A stretch of 64,000 bases of DNA from an uncultured Gemmataceae bacterium (GTDB lineage Bacteria; Planctomycetota; Planctomycetia; Gemmatales; Gemmataceae): NCBI GenBank assembly GCA_963750165.1, contig CAVVPN010000003.1, positions 320,001 to 384,000 on the forward strand, given 5' to 3'. The position numbers and the translations under genes are program-made. The notes below the pieces were generated by a model. That model had not been told where the DNA came from, searched no databases, and saw nothing but the letters and a program-made list of their open reading frames with translations. Positions 42,440 to 52,403 of the stretch are shown piece by piece (position 1 is the stretch's first letter; each line of letters starts with the position of its first letter).

Positions 42440-42805
42440 ATGAATGAATTCGATTATGACGACGGCTTCATCGAGGGGATCACCCTTTTCCCGATCTATT
42501 ACCTCGACGAAACCGGGAAGCCTGTTGAAGTTCCTGAAGTCCCGCCGGAGCAGATCAGCTTCCACGGCAGTTTCTCCTGGATCCTCTACCGCCCGTACCT
42601 TGCCTTTTTCGCTAGACACCAGCGGCGCCAGATCCAATGTGAAGTGTCGTGGAAAACGCTCTCTGCACTGTTTCACTCGAAGGTGAGTAGCGAGGGCGAA
42701 GCCGAGGCGCTGTACCTGGCCCACCGGCACGAACTGGAAGAGATGGCCCGAACGCTCATCGAGCAGGGCAAGGTGACGGCCGACGACCGCGTCCTCATCG
42801 AATGA
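42440..42805 (+). CDS. Hypothetical protein, C-terminal half DUF1488-like
   Basis: IQCEVSWKTL..F..HRHELEEMARTLIEQG pattern; GGAG RBS; ATGA overlap with uppS. Confidence 0.55.
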   Translation: MNEFDYDDGFIEGITLFPIYYLDETGKPVEVPEVPPEQISFHGSFSWILYRPYLAFFARHQRRQIQCEVSWKTLSALFHSKVSSEGEAEALYLAHRHELEEMARTLIEQGKVTADDRVLIE

Positions 42806-43602
42806 CCCCGTCCCCCGCACCAATGGAACCGTTGCGGATGACCAGGACCTTTTCCGCCGATACGCTGCAACGTCTGCACGCCGCCGGCCTCGACCCCGAC
42901 CGGCTGCCGCGGCACGTCGCCGTCATCATGGACGGCAACGGCCGCTGGGCGCAGCAGCGCGGCAAGCCGCGCATCGAGGGCCACCGTCGCGGCGTCCAGA
43001 GCGTCCGCGGCACCATCGAGGAGTGCTGTCGCCTCGGCATCGGCCAGCTGACGCTCTACTGCCTGAGCGTCGAGAACTGGAAGCGGCCGCAGGCGGAGCT
43101 CGACTTCCTCATGGCCCTGCTGCACCAGTACCTCCTCGCCGAGCGCGCCGAGATCATGGAGCAGAACATCCGCTTCACGACCATCGGCCGCCGCAGCGAA
43201 CTGCCGCCGAACGTCCTCGCCGAGATCGACGAGAACGTCCGCGTCAGCAAGGACAACAGCGGTATGGTGCTGTGCCTGGCGATCAACTACGGCGGCCGCA
43301 CCGAGATCGTGGACGCCGTGCGCTCCCTCGCCCGCCAGGCCCGCGCCGGCCAGCTCGACCCGGACGCCATTGACGAGGCCCTGGTAAGCGCGGCGCTGTA
43401 CACGGCGGGCATGCCGGACCCGGACCTGCTCATCCGTACCGCGGCGGAGATGCGCGTCAGCAACTTCTTGCTCTGGCAAATTTCGTACGCGGAGCTATGG
43501 GTGACGCCGAAGTGCTGGCCGGACTTCGACGCGGCCACACTGGTGGAGGCGCTGCGCGACTACGCCGGCCGCACACGACGCTTCGGCGGACTCAAGGGTT
43601 GA
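42802..43602 (+). CDS. uppS: Undecaprenyl diphosphate synthase (isoprenyl transferase)
   Basis: HVAVIMDGNGRWA, SVENWKRP, NYGGR, DPDLLIRT, SNFLLWQISYAE. Confidence 0.97.
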   Translation: MTPSPAPMEPLRMTRTFSADTLQRLHAAGLDPDRLPRHVAVIMDGNGRWAQQRGKPRIEGHRRGVQSVRGTIEECCRLGIGQLTLYCLSVENWKRPQAELDFLMALLHQYLLAERAEIMEQNIRFTTIGRRSELPPNVLAEIDENVRVSKDNSGMVLCLAINYGGRTEIVDAVRSLARQARAGQLDPDAIDEALVSAALYTAGMPDPDLLIRTAAEMRVSNFLLWQISYAELWVTPKCWPDFDAATLVEALRDYAGRTRRFGGLKG

Positions 43603-43608
43603 CAGCCG

Positions 43609-44487
43609 ATGTTGCGCACCCGGCTGTGGATGGGCACCCTGCTGACGGCGGTCGTGCTCGGGTTGCTGGTGGGTGACGCCTGGCTGAGGCCGTGGTATCC
43701 CGGCCTGTTCCTGGTGATCCTGGGCCTGAGTCTGGCCGCCGCGGTGGAGTTGCTGCACCTGCTCGGCACCCTCGGCCGGCCGCTCGTGTGGCTGGTGTAC
43801 CTCGGCCTGGTCGCCGTGGTCGTGGCCAACTGGCTGCCGCACTTGCCGGTCTGGCCCATGCCCCTCGGTTCGCCCGCTTCGTGGATCCTGGGCACCTTTG
43901 TCGCCTTCGTGCTGGCGGTGTTTTTGAATGAGATGCGCACCTACCGCGAAGCAGGCACGTCGGTCCACCGCATGGCCGTGGCCGTCTGGGCGGTGGCGTA
44001 TCTGGGTCTGTTGCCCAGCTTCCTCGCTCAGCTGCGCTGGCTGCCGGGCGACGCAGGCCGGGGGGGTACGGTCGCGCTGGCGCTGGCGATCTTCGTGCCC
44101 AAGGGCGGCGACATCGGCGCCTACTTCGCCGGCCGCTACCTCGGCCGGCACCGCATGACGCCGCTGCTGAGCCCGAAGAAAACCTGGGAGGGCGCGGCGG
44201 GTGGACTGGCGGCGGCGGTGGCGGTGACGTTCGCCATCGACCGGCTGACGCAGGCACACCTGTTGCAAGAACTGGTGTGGGCGGAGGTCGGCTTCGGGCT
44301 GACGGTGGGCGTGGCCGGCATGCTCGGCGACCTGGCGGAGTCGCTCATCAAACGCGACTGCCAGTGCAAGGATGCGGGCGAGACGGTGCCGGGCTTCGGT
44401 GGTGTGCTGGACGTGGTGGACGCGGTGCTGTTCGCGGCGCCGGTGGCGTTCTGCTGGTTGTACCTGCTGCGGCCGACGCCGACGTGA
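43609..44487 (+). CDS. cdsA: Phosphatidate cytidylyltransferase
   Basis: DIGAYFAGR, SPKKTWEG, GDLAESLIKR..KD....PGFGGVLD. Confidence 0.96.
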   Translation: MLRTRLWMGTLLTAVVLGLLVGDAWLRPWYPGLFLVILGLSLAAAVELLHLLGTLGRPLVWLVYLGLVAVVVANWLPHLPVWPMPLGSPASWILGTFVAFVLAVFLNEMRTYREAGTSVHRMAVAVWAVAYLGLLPSFLAQLRWLPGDAGRGGTVALALAIFVPKGGDIGAYFAGRYLGRHRMTPLLSPKKTWEGAAGGLAAAVAVTFAIDRLTQAHLLQELVWAEVGFGLTVGVAGMLGDLAESLIKRDCQCKDAGETVPGFGGVLDVVDAVLFAAPVAFCWLYLLRPTPT

Positions 44488-44511
44488 ACCCGTAGCAGTT
44501 CAAGTGAGTCC

Positions 44512-44685
44512 ATGTTTTTGCCCCGAAGGGGCCCAACAACTTAACCCAGGGCAACGCCCTGGGAACTCTCACGGGTTGGTGGTTGTGCCCTTTCAGGGCG
44601 GAAAAGAAAAAGAGGAAATGGTTCTGATCCCCAACCCAGGGCGTTGCCCTGGGCTAAGTTGTTGGGCCCCTTCGGGGCAAAAACA
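44512..44685. repeat. Long REP-like palindrome
   Basis: TGTTTTTGCCCCGAAGGGGCCCAACAACTTAACCCAGGGCAACGCCCTGGG and its inverse. Confidence 0.85.
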
Positions 44686-44702
44686 GAACAGGCAAAACCC
44701 TC

Positions 44703-45674
44703 ATGACCGACGCCAACCTGAAGACCGTCACCCTGACGCTCGACAACCGCGAGGAAGCGGTGCTGCTGTTCGGCCAGCGCGACATCCACCTGCGCCTGCT
44801 GCGCGACGCCCTGGGTCTGCGCATCGTTGCCCGCGGCGATCAGATCAACATTGAGGGCGCCCCCGAGCAGGTCGATCAGGCGGAGCGCGCGTTCCAGCAG
44901 CTGCGGCACACGCTGAAGCAGAAAGGCGTGCTGTCGCCGGAGGAGGTGCGTACGGTCATCGCCGTGGTGCAGCGCGGCGGCGACCGCACGGGGCCGCAGA
45001 ACCTCACCGTGGTCGAGGGCGGCCGGCACGTGCGGCCGCGCACCGATGGCCAGGCCCGCTACGTCCACAGCATGCGCGACAACGACCTGGTAATGTGTGT
45101 AGGTCCGGCGGGCAGTGGCAAGACGTATCTTGCTGTGGGCATGGCAGTTACGTTGTTACGACAGGGCGCCGTCAAGCGCATCGTGCTGGTGCGGCCGGCG
45201 GTCGAGGCCGGCGAGCGCCTCGGCTTTCTGCCCGGTGACATCGTGGCCAAGATCAACCCTTACCTGCGGCCGCTGATCGACGCGCTCAACGACATGATGG
45301 AGCCCGAGCAGGTCAAGCGCTACATGGAGAATGACATAATTGAGATCGCTCCACTCGCATTCATGCGGGGAAGAACGCTTAATCATGCGTGCATCATCCT
45401 GGACGAGGGCCAGAACACGACGGTGGCGCAGATGAAGATGTTCCTGACGCGCATGGGCAACAACTCGAAGATCATCGTCACGGGCGACGTGACGCAGGTG
45501 GACCTGCCGCGGCAGACGCGCAGCGGCCTGAACGACGCCATTCAGCGGTTGCAGGGCATCGAGCGCATCAGCGTCGTCTACCTGACCGAACACGACATCG
45601 TGCGCAACCCGCTGGTGCAGCAAATTGTGCTCGCCTACGAGGACGCGAAGCCGCCCCGCAAAAAGAAGGAGTGA
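44703..45674 (+). CDS. phoH: PhoH-family ATPase
   Basis: GPAGSGKTYLA, RPAVEAGERLGFLPG, AFMRGRT, DEGQN, GDVTQVDL. Confidence 0.95.
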   Translation: MTDANLKTVTLTLDNREEAVLLFGQRDIHLRLLRDALGLRIVARGDQINIEGAPEQVDQAERAFQQLRHTLKQKGVLSPEEVRTVIAVVQRGGDRTGPQNLTVVEGGRHVRPRTDGQARYVHSMRDNDLVMCVGPAGSGKTYLAVGMAVTLLRQGAVKRIVLVRPAVEAGERLGFLPGDIVAKINPYLRPLIDALNDMMEPEQVKRYMENDIIEIAPLAFMRGRTLNHACIILDEGQNTTVAQMKMFLTRMGNNSKIIVTGDVTQVDLPRQTRSGLNDAIQRLQGIERISVVYLTEHDIVRNPLVQQIVLAYEDAKPPRKKKE

Positions 45675-45719
45675 CCGGCCGGCAGGCCGCCGGGCCGCGA
45701 ACGCCGGTCAAGGACGACC

Positions 45720-47498
45720 ATGTTCGGACCCAAAAAGAACCACCCCCGTCTCGGTCAGTGGGACGGCCGCAAGCGCTCCACGCGCGCCGAGGAACCGGTG
45801 CTGCCGGACCTGTGGCGGCGGCCCGTGCTGCTCCGTCTCGGCATCGTGCTGCTGACCACGGTCGCTGTCACGCTGTTCGCCTACCTCCTCGGGCCGCCGT
45901 TGCCTTACCGCCTTGGTCAGATTTATCCGTTCGACCTCCGTGTCCGCGTCGATTTCGAGGTGGTCAACCAGGTCGAGCTGGCCAACCAGAAAGAAATCGA
46001 GCGCCTGGAGACCAACGGCCCACGCCCCGGCAACGCCCGAACCGAGAAGCCCACCACCGAGAAGGACAAGCCGCCCATCGTCGAGCGCTACACGCGCGGC
46101 ATGCTGCTGCTGGAGCGCGGCCAACCGATCACCACGGAACGGCAGGTGGATCTGCTGGAGCAGGAGCACGACGCCTTTCTGGCGTCGCAGAAGCCGCGCG
46201 AGCACTTGCTGCGCGGCGTGGCGTTATTCCTGGTCTTCGGTCTGCTGGCGGCGCTGGTGGTGCTGTACGTCGCCCGCTTCCAGACCGGCCTGGCCGAAAG
46301 CGTGCCGACCATCACCGCAGTCTGCGCCCTGGTGTTCCTGACGCTGGTGCTCGGTGTGCTGCTCAGCCTGCCGCCGTGGTACGCCGTGTTTGTGCCGATG
46401 ACCGTGACCGCGATGGTGCTGACCGTTGCCTACAACCCGCAGTTCGCGCTGCTGATGTCCTTCAGCCTGACACTGGCCATGACCGTGCTGCTGGGTACGG
46501 ACATGAGCCATTTGCTCGTGCAAATGTCCGGATTGGCGACGGCGGTGCTGCTGCTGCGCAACGTGCGCACCCGGACGCGGCTGGTGAAGGTGGGCGTCGC
46601 TGCCGGCGCGGTGTATGCGCTCATGACGCTGGCGACCGGCCTGCTGTCGGGCCAGACCTGGCAGCTGATCGGCTCGGACGCGCTGCGGCATTTTCTGTGG
46701 GGTTCGCTGGCGGGCTTCCTGCTGACGGGCTGCCTGCCGCTGGTGGAGCGCTGCTTCGGCATCGTCACGGACATCAGTCTGCTGGAACTGGCGGACGGTG
46801 CGCATCCGCTGTTGCAGGAGCTGGTGAAGCGGGCGCCGGGCACGTACACGCACAGCATCACCGTGGCGACGCTGGCGGAGGCGGCGGCGGAGGCGATTGG
46901 GGCCAATCCACTGCTGACGCGCGTGGGCAGTTACTTCCACGACATCGGCAAGATGCTGAAGCCGCAGTATTTCATCGAGAACCAGACGGGCGAGAACCGG
47001 CACGACACACTGGAGCCGGCGCTGAGCACGCTGGTCATTATCGGGCACGTCAAGGACGGCCTGGCGCTGGCGCAGCAGTACGGACTGCCGCGGCCGATCC
47101 TGGACTTCATCGCGCAGCATCACGGCACCACGCTGGTGGAGTATTTCTACCGCGAAGCGCTGCGACTGCTGGGCGACAGCGGCCAGGACGCGGCACAGCT
47201 GGAGCCGTCGTTCCGCTATCCCGGGCCGAAGCCGCAGAACCGCGAGAACGGTGTCGTCATGCTGGCCGACGCGGTCGAGAGCGCCAGCCGTTCGCTCAGT
47301 GATCCGACGCCGAACAGCATGCGCAAACTCATCCACGACCTGCTCATGAAACGGCTGCTGGACGGTCAGTTCTCTGACAGCGGGCTGACGTTGACGGAAC
47401 TGCACATCATTGAGGAGAGTTTGTGCAAGAGCTTGATTGCGCTGTTCCACGCGCGGATCAAGTATCCGGAGGAGCGGCCGCTGGAGAAGGCGGCGTGA
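45720..47498 (+). CDS. 7TM-HDIG phosphohydrolase (PgpH-like)
   Basis: APGTYTHS, YFHDIGK, HVKDG, QHHGTT, FRYPGPKPQ, MLADAVE. Confidence 0.92.
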   Translation: MFGPKKNHPRLGQWDGRKRSTRAEEPVLPDLWRRPVLLRLGIVLLTTVAVTLFAYLLGPPLPYRLGQIYPFDLRVRVDFEVVNQVELANQKEIERLETNGPRPGNARTEKPTTEKDKPPIVERYTRGMLLLERGQPITTERQVDLLEQEHDAFLASQKPREHLLRGVALFLVFGLLAALVVLYVARFQTGLAESVPTITAVCALVFLTLVLGVLLSLPPWYAVFVPMTVTAMVLTVAYNPQFALLMSFSLTLAMTVLLGTDMSHLLVQMSGLATAVLLLRNVRTRTRLVKVGVAAGAVYALMTLATGLLSGQTWQLIGSDALRHFLWGSLAGFLLTGCLPLVERCFGIVTDISLLELADGAHPLLQELVKRAPGTYTHSITVATLAEAAAEAIGANPLLTRVGSYFHDIGKMLKPQYFIENQTGENRHDTLEPALSTLVIIGHVKDGLALAQQYGLPRPILDFIAQHHGTTLVEYFYREALRLLGDSGQDAAQLEPSFRYPGPKPQNRENGVVMLADAVESASRSLSDPTPNSMRKLIHDLLMKRLLDGQFSDSGLTLTELHIIEESLCKSLIALFHARIKYPEERPLEKAA

Positions 47499-47526
47499 TC
47501 GGGCCGGACGAAGGTTCGTGGTTAGT

Positions 47527-47573
47527 CCGAGCCCGAGCGCCAGCGAGGAGCCCCTCGCTGGCGCTCGGGCTCC
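47527..47573. repeat. REP-like hairpin GAGCCCGAGCGCCAGCGAGG
   Basis: Near-perfect inverted repeat after the HDIG gene. Confidence 0.75.
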
Positions 47574-47822
47574 GACCAGGAACAGGACACGCCAAAATCG
47601 ACACGTCAAGATCCTGCCCCCTTGCCGCCGGGCCGTGCTGATCGCTACGGTATGGGTGGCGAGTACGTTCCCCCATCCCGGCGGCGTTCTGCAAAAAAAT
47701 CGAAAAGATCCCGGCGGCGGCGACGAATATCCAGGCGAGGCAACCAGTCGCGAACTCCTCGGCGTCGCCTGCGATACTTCAAACCATTGAGGATCGATCC
47801 TTTCCCTTTGCGGAGGTACGTC

Positions 47823-48578
47823 ATGCGCAAGTTGGTGCTGGCAGCGTGCGGGCTGTGTACCTGGCTGGCCCTGGCCGGTTCGGCCCGCGCCCAGGACGAC
47901 GAATGCCGGGCGATCATCGCCAGGGCCATGAAAGCACACGGCGGCGAGGCCAAGTTGGCCGCCCTCAAAGCGACCCAGATGAAAACCAAGGGCACCCTCA
48001 GCGCCCAGGGCCAGGATCTGGAGTTCACGGCGGAGTTCTTCATCCAACAGCCCAACCGCTACAAGATCGTGGCCGACCTCCGCGTGGACAACCAGAACGT
48101 CCAGGTCACCGAGGTGTTCAACGGCGCCAAGGGCTGGGCTCACGTCATGGGCAAGACCATGGACCTGGACGCCGACACCATCAAAATGGGCAAGGACGAG
48201 GTCTACCTCGAAAAGGTTACCAACCTGACGGCCCTCAAGGACAAGGCGTTCAAGCTGTCGCCGCTCGGCGAGGTCAAGGTCGGCGAGCACCAGGCCGTGG
48301 GCGTGCTGGTGACGCGCAAAGACCAGCGCGACGTGAGCCTGTACTTCGACAAGAAAACGCACCTGCTCGTCAAGGCGGAGTGCCGCATCTTCGACCAGTT
48401 CACCAAGCAGGAAGTGAACCAGGAGAAACTCTACTCCGATTTCAAGGAACTGGTTCCCGGCCTGCGGCTGCCCGGCCGCATCCTGATCAACCATGAAGGC
48501 AAGCGCTTCATCGACATGACCGTCACGGAACTGCGTGGCGTCGAACAGCACGACGACAGCATTTTCGCACGGCCGTAG
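47823..48578 (+). CDS. Secreted protein, LolA-like/lipoprotein-sorting-like fold (paralog 1)
   Basis: Signal peptide ending ARA; AMKAHGGE; SLYFDKKTHLLVK; YSDFKE. Confidence 0.75.
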   Translation: MRKLVLAACGLCTWLALAGSARAQDDECRAIIARAMKAHGGEAKLAALKATQMKTKGTLSAQGQDLEFTAEFFIQQPNRYKIVADLRVDNQNVQVTEVFNGAKGWAHVMGKTMDLDADTIKMGKDEVYLEKVTNLTALKDKAFKLSPLGEVKVGEHQAVGVLVTRKDQRDVSLYFDKKTHLLVKAECRIFDQFTKQEVNQEKLYSDFKELVPGLRLPGRILINHEGKRFIDMTVTELRGVEQHDDSIFARP

Positions 48579-48619
48579 TCTCGCGGTGAGTTTCCATTCC
48601 CCGTTTCACGAGGTTTGAC

Positions 48620-49375
48620 ATGCGGACATTGACGTTGGCAGCGTGTGGGGTGTGTGCCTGGCTGGCCCTGGCCGCCCCGGCTCGCGCCCAGGACAACGAG
48701 TGCCGGGCGGTGATCGCCCGGGCGATGAAAGCCGTCGGCGGCGAGGAGAAGTTGGCCGCCAACCGGGCCCACTACCTCAAGGGCAAGGGTACGATCGCCG
48801 TCATGGGCATGGACCTGGAGTTCACCATCGAAATCTGGGACCAGCAGCCCGACAAGCAGAAGGCGGTCATCGAGATCAACGTCATGAACATGAACTTCAC
48901 GATCACCCAGGTCTACAACGGCGACAAGGGCTGGCAGAACATCATGGGCAAGACCAAGGCCGTGGACGCCGACGAACTGAAAGAGCACAAGGAGTCCACG
49001 AACGCCGAGCGCGTTGCCGGCCTGGTGGCCCTCAAGAACAAGGCGTACAAGCTGTCATCGCTGGGCGAGGTGAAGGTGAACGATCGGGCGGCCGTGGGCA
49101 TTCTGGTGACGCGCGACGGTTATCGCGATGTCAGCCTGTATTTCGACAAGCAGTCACACCTGCTGGTCAAGACCGAAACGCGGGCCAAAAACCCAAGCTC
49201 CATGCAGGAAGAGACGCAGGAGAAGCTTCTCAGCGACTACAAGGCATTGGACCAGGGGGTTCGGGTGCCAACCAGGCTGGTCATCAACTACGACGGCAAG
49301 AAGGTTCTGGACATGACCATTTCCGAGGCCCGCATGTCGGAACAGCATGACGCCAGCATTTTCGCCGAACCGTAA
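48620..49375 (+). CDS. Secreted protein, tandem paralog 2
   Basis: Colinear with 47823-48578 (ECRA.IARAMKA.GGE, LGEVKV, RDVSLYFDK, EQHD.SIFA.P). Confidence 0.75.
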   Translation: MRTLTLAACGVCAWLALAAPARAQDNECRAVIARAMKAVGGEEKLAANRAHYLKGKGTIAVMGMDLEFTIEIWDQQPDKQKAVIEINVMNMNFTITQVYNGDKGWQNIMGKTKAVDADELKEHKESTNAERVAGLVALKNKAYKLSSLGEVKVNDRAAVGILVTRDGYRDVSLYFDKQSHLLVKTETRAKNPSSMQEETQEKLLSDYKALDQGVRVPTRLVINYDGKKVLDMTISEARMSEQHDASIFAEP

Positions 49376-49388
49376 CGTTTTTCTGCCG

Positions 49389-49430
49389 CTCTTTCGTGGG
49401 GCAGGCTGGAAAGCCTGCCCCACGAAAGAG
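49389..49430. repeat. REP hairpin (GTGGGGCAG family variant)
   Basis: CTCTTTC-GTGGGGCAGGCTGGAAAGCCTGCCCCAC-GAAAGAG. Confidence 0.8.
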
Positions 49431-49537
49431 CCGCAAGCGGCCGTCCGACCGCCGACAACTGGAAAAGCGCACCGGCGGCGTTATGATAAGCTGGCGGGTG
49501 CTCAAACCAGTTGAGCCGCAGTGCGAGGGAGGCCCTC

Positions 49538-50416
49538 ATGACGCCAGCATCCATCACCGAGCAGGTGCGCGACCGCTACGCTGCGGCCGCCGCCAGCGAT
49601 CTGTCCGGCGCCAGCGACGGCGTGCGCCGCGTCGCGGAGGCGTTCGGCTACACCCCGGATGAGTTGGCGGCGCTGCCGGCGGAGGCCAACCTGGGGCTGT
49701 CGTGCGGCAACCCAACCGCGTTCGCCCACCTGCGACCGGGCGAGACGGTGGTGGACCTCGGTTGCGGCGGCGGTCTCGACGTGCTCCTGGCCGCTGTCAA
49801 GGTCGGCCCGACCGGCAAGGCCATCGGCATCGACATGACGCCCGAGATGCTGGAGCGCGCCCGCCGCAACGCCCAAAAACCAATCAACGACCAGGTGCTC
49901 ACCAACGTCGAGTTTCACCTGGCGAGCATCGACCGGCTGCCGCTGCCGGACGGTTCGGTCGATTGCCTCATCAGCAACTGCGTCCTCAACCTGGCGCCGG
50001 ACAAGCCGGCAGTCTTCCGCGAGCTGTGGCGTGTGCTGAAGCCGGGTGGCCGCGTCGCGCTCAGCGACATCGCGCTCAAGCAGCCACTGCCGGACGATCT
50101 GGTCCACGACCTGGGCGCCTACATCGGCTGCGTCGCCGGCGCCATCCTCGCGGCGGACTACGAGCGCGGCCTGCGCGCGGCCGGCTTCCCGTTCGTGCAG
50201 GTCGTGGACACGAACAAGGACCTGAACGTCTACGCCCAGATCGCGGATCAGGTGGTCTGCTGTTCGCCGGCGGCGGGCGGCCTGCCGCTGTCGGATGAGG
50301 CCGATGGCTGTTGCGGCACAACGCCGATCCACAAGGTGCTGGCGGAACTGCTCGCGAAGTATGATGTCAATGCGTACGCCGCCAGCGTGCAGGTCTACGC
50401 CCGTAAGGCGGAGTGA
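49538..50416 (+). CDS. arsM: Arsenite methyltransferase
   Basis: [43 protein letters not shown] pairs. Confidence 0.88.
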   Translation: MTPASITEQVRDRYAAAAASDLSGASDGVRRVAEAFGYTPDELAALPAEANLGLSCGNPTAFAHLRPGETVVDLGCGGGLDVLLAAVKVGPTGKAIGIDMTPEMLERARRNAQKPINDQVLTNVEFHLASIDRLPLPDGSVDCLISNCVLNLAPDKPAVFRELWRVLKPGGRVALSDIALKQPLPDDLVHDLGAYIGCVAGAILAADYERGLRAAGFPFVQVVDTNKDLNVYAQIADQVVCCSPAAGGLPLSDEADGCCGTTPIHKVLAELLAKYDVNAYAASVQVYARKAE

Positions 50417-50467
50417 AGCGCGAAGCCGCAAGCGGCAGAAAAGCAGTCCACTGACGGAATCACCCCC

Positions 50468-51568
50468 ATGCGTGAAGTGCTCACCGAACTGACCCGCGCC
50501 CTGGAGCAGGGCCAGGACTGCGTTTACTGCGCCGTGGTGGAGACCCGCGGTTCAACGCCCCAGAAGGCAGGCGCGTCCATGCTGGTGTTCGCAGACGGCG
50601 GCCAGCGCGGCACGCTAGGTGGCGGCTGTGTCGAGGCAGAGGTCAAGCAGCAGGCACTGCGCACTCTGGTCGAGGGCGGCGCCGCCCCGGCGGTGCTGAC
50701 CTTCAACCTGGATGACAATTACGGCTGGGACGATGGCCTGATCTGTGGCGGCCGCATGACCATCCTGGCCGATCCGCTGACCGCAAGCGCTAACGGCCGC
50801 CGTCATCAGGCCGCCGACTACTTCTGCCAGTTCCGCAGCCTGATCGAGTCGGGCCAGGGCTGCACCGAGGCGGTCGTCGTGACGGAGCGCAGCCCGCAAC
50901 TGCGCGTTGGCCAGCGCTACCTCTTCGACGCGGGCGGTGCGGTCGCGGCCCAGCTCGCGGCGGAGCCGGTGTCCGCGGCGGTGCGCGACGGCCTGACGCC
51001 GGTGCGGCAACGGCCACGGCCGGCGCTGCGCGACGGCATCGCGTACCTGCCGGTGTGGCCGCGGATCACGCTGCTGATCGTCGGCGGCGGTCACGTCGGC
51101 CAGGCCGTGGCGAAACTGGCCGCCGAGGTTGATTTCGACGTGTGGGTACTGGACGACCGCGCCCACTACGCCAGCCGTGAGCGCTTCCCGCACGCCCAGC
51201 GCCTGCTGGTCGGCGATGTCGGCCCGACGCTGGAGCGGCTGGCCGGGACCGACATCACGGAGTCCACGTTTTGCCTGATCGTGACGCGCGGCCACGGTCA
51301 CGATGAGGAGGCACTGTACCACCTGGCCGGCAGCGGCGCGGGCTACGTTGGCATGATCGGCAGCAAGCGCAAGATCAAGCTGATTTACGAGGACTTGCAA
51401 GCCCGTGCCGTCCCCGCGGAGGCGCTGGCGAAGGTCCACGCGCCGCTGGGCTTCGCCATCGGCTCGCAGACGGTGCCGGAGATCGCCGTCAGCATCGTCG
51501 CGGAGTTGATCGCCTGCCGCAACCTTGGCGCCACCATCCCCGCGGCCCGCAAGCACGTCCCGGTATGA
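50468..51568 (+). CDS. xdhC: XdhC/CoxF-family molybdoenzyme maturation factor
   Basis: GSTPQKAGASM, GTLGGGCVE, GLICGG, VTRGHGHD, GMIGSKRK, TVPEIAVSIVAEL. Confidence 0.92.
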   Translation: MREVLTELTRALEQGQDCVYCAVVETRGSTPQKAGASMLVFADGGQRGTLGGGCVEAEVKQQALRTLVEGGAAPAVLTFNLDDNYGWDDGLICGGRMTILADPLTASANGRRHQAADYFCQFRSLIESGQGCTEAVVVTERSPQLRVGQRYLFDAGGAVAAQLAAEPVSAAVRDGLTPVRQRPRPALRDGIAYLPVWPRITLLIVGGGHVGQAVAKLAAEVDFDVWVLDDRAHYASRERFPHAQRLLVGDVGPTLERLAGTDITESTFCLIVTRGHGHDEEALYHLAGSGAGYVGMIGSKRKIKLIYEDLQARAVPAEALAKVHAPLGFAIGSQTVPEIAVSIVAELIACRNLGATIPAARKHVPV

Positions 51569-52194
51569 CCCCTGCACCGCGCACCTTCGCACTGATCCCG
51601 GCCGCCGGCAAGAGCCGCCGCATGGGCCGTCCCAAGCTGGCGCTGCCGCTCGGCGACCGCACCGTCCTGGAGCGCGTCGTCGATGCCGTGCGGCAGGCCG
51701 GCGTCGGCCCGGTGCTGGTCGTGCTGGGTCCGCACGTCGCGGAACTGGGACCGGCGGCGCGTGCGGCCGGCGCGGAAGTGCTGCTGCTGACGGGAGAGAC
51801 ACCGGACATGCGCGCCACCGTCGAACGCGGTCTGGCCTGGTTCGCGGAGGTGCTGCGGCCGGCGCCGGAGGATCGCTGGCTGCTACTGCCCGCGGACCAC
51901 CCCACGCTGGACGCCGGCGTGGTGACGCGACTGCTCCAGGCTCAGGCGGCGCGGCCGGCTGCCTCGGTCGTGGTGCCGACGTACCAGGGCCAACGCGGCC
52001 ATCCGACACTGATCGCCTGGCGGCACGTGGACGCCCTGCGAGCGCTGCCGGCCGGCCAGGGATTGAATGCGTTTTTCCGCGGCGGGGTGGACGTGCTCGA
52101 AGTAGCGGTCGATGATCCCGAAGTGTTGACGGATCTGGACACGCCGCAAGAGTACGAACGGTTGCGGCAGCGCTGGGTTTCCGAGAGCGGGTAA
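51565..52194 (+). CDS. mocA: Molybdenum cofactor cytidylyltransferase-like nucleotidyltransferase
   Basis: PAAGKSRRMGRPKL, ADHP, RGHP, DLDTP; coupled to xdhC. Confidence 0.85.
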   Translation: MTPAPRTFALIPAAGKSRRMGRPKLALPLGDRTVLERVVDAVRQAGVGPVLVVLGPHVAELGPAARAAGAEVLLLTGETPDMRATVERGLAWFAEVLRPAPEDRWLLLPADHPTLDAGVVTRLLQAQAARPAASVVVPTYQGQRGHPTLIAWRHVDALRALPAGQGLNAFFRGGVDVLEVAVDDPEVLTDLDTPQEYERLRQRWVSESG

Positions 52195-52195
52195 C

Positions 52196-52346
52196 AAGGC
52201 AAGAAAACCGAGCCCGCGAGATCACGGCCCGGTCGAAACAGGGCCGCGAAAGCATGGCGTCCCGTTGGAGCACTGGCTGGCAGATCGCCTCCAGGTCAGC
52301 GAGGAGGTCAGGGGAGAGCACGGTGTCCGAGTCGGTTGTCTTAATG
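52196..52346 (-). ncRNA. Candidate standalone structured RNA (~145 nt)
   Basis: Promoter TTGACA-N16-GACAAT at 52379-52352; 5' and 3' ends complementary; internal UUCG hairpin; no convincing ORF. Confidence 0.45.
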
Positions 52347-52403
52347 TAGTTATTGTCCCGACTTGACGGAGGGTGTCAACGGAGAATCAGACCACATTGC
52401 GGG

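Noticed and set aside
50615..52321. 568-aa minus ORF starting in the candidate ncRNA region
   Set aside because: Antisense to xdhC and mocA, Arg/Pro/Ala-rich low-information sequence, no RBS
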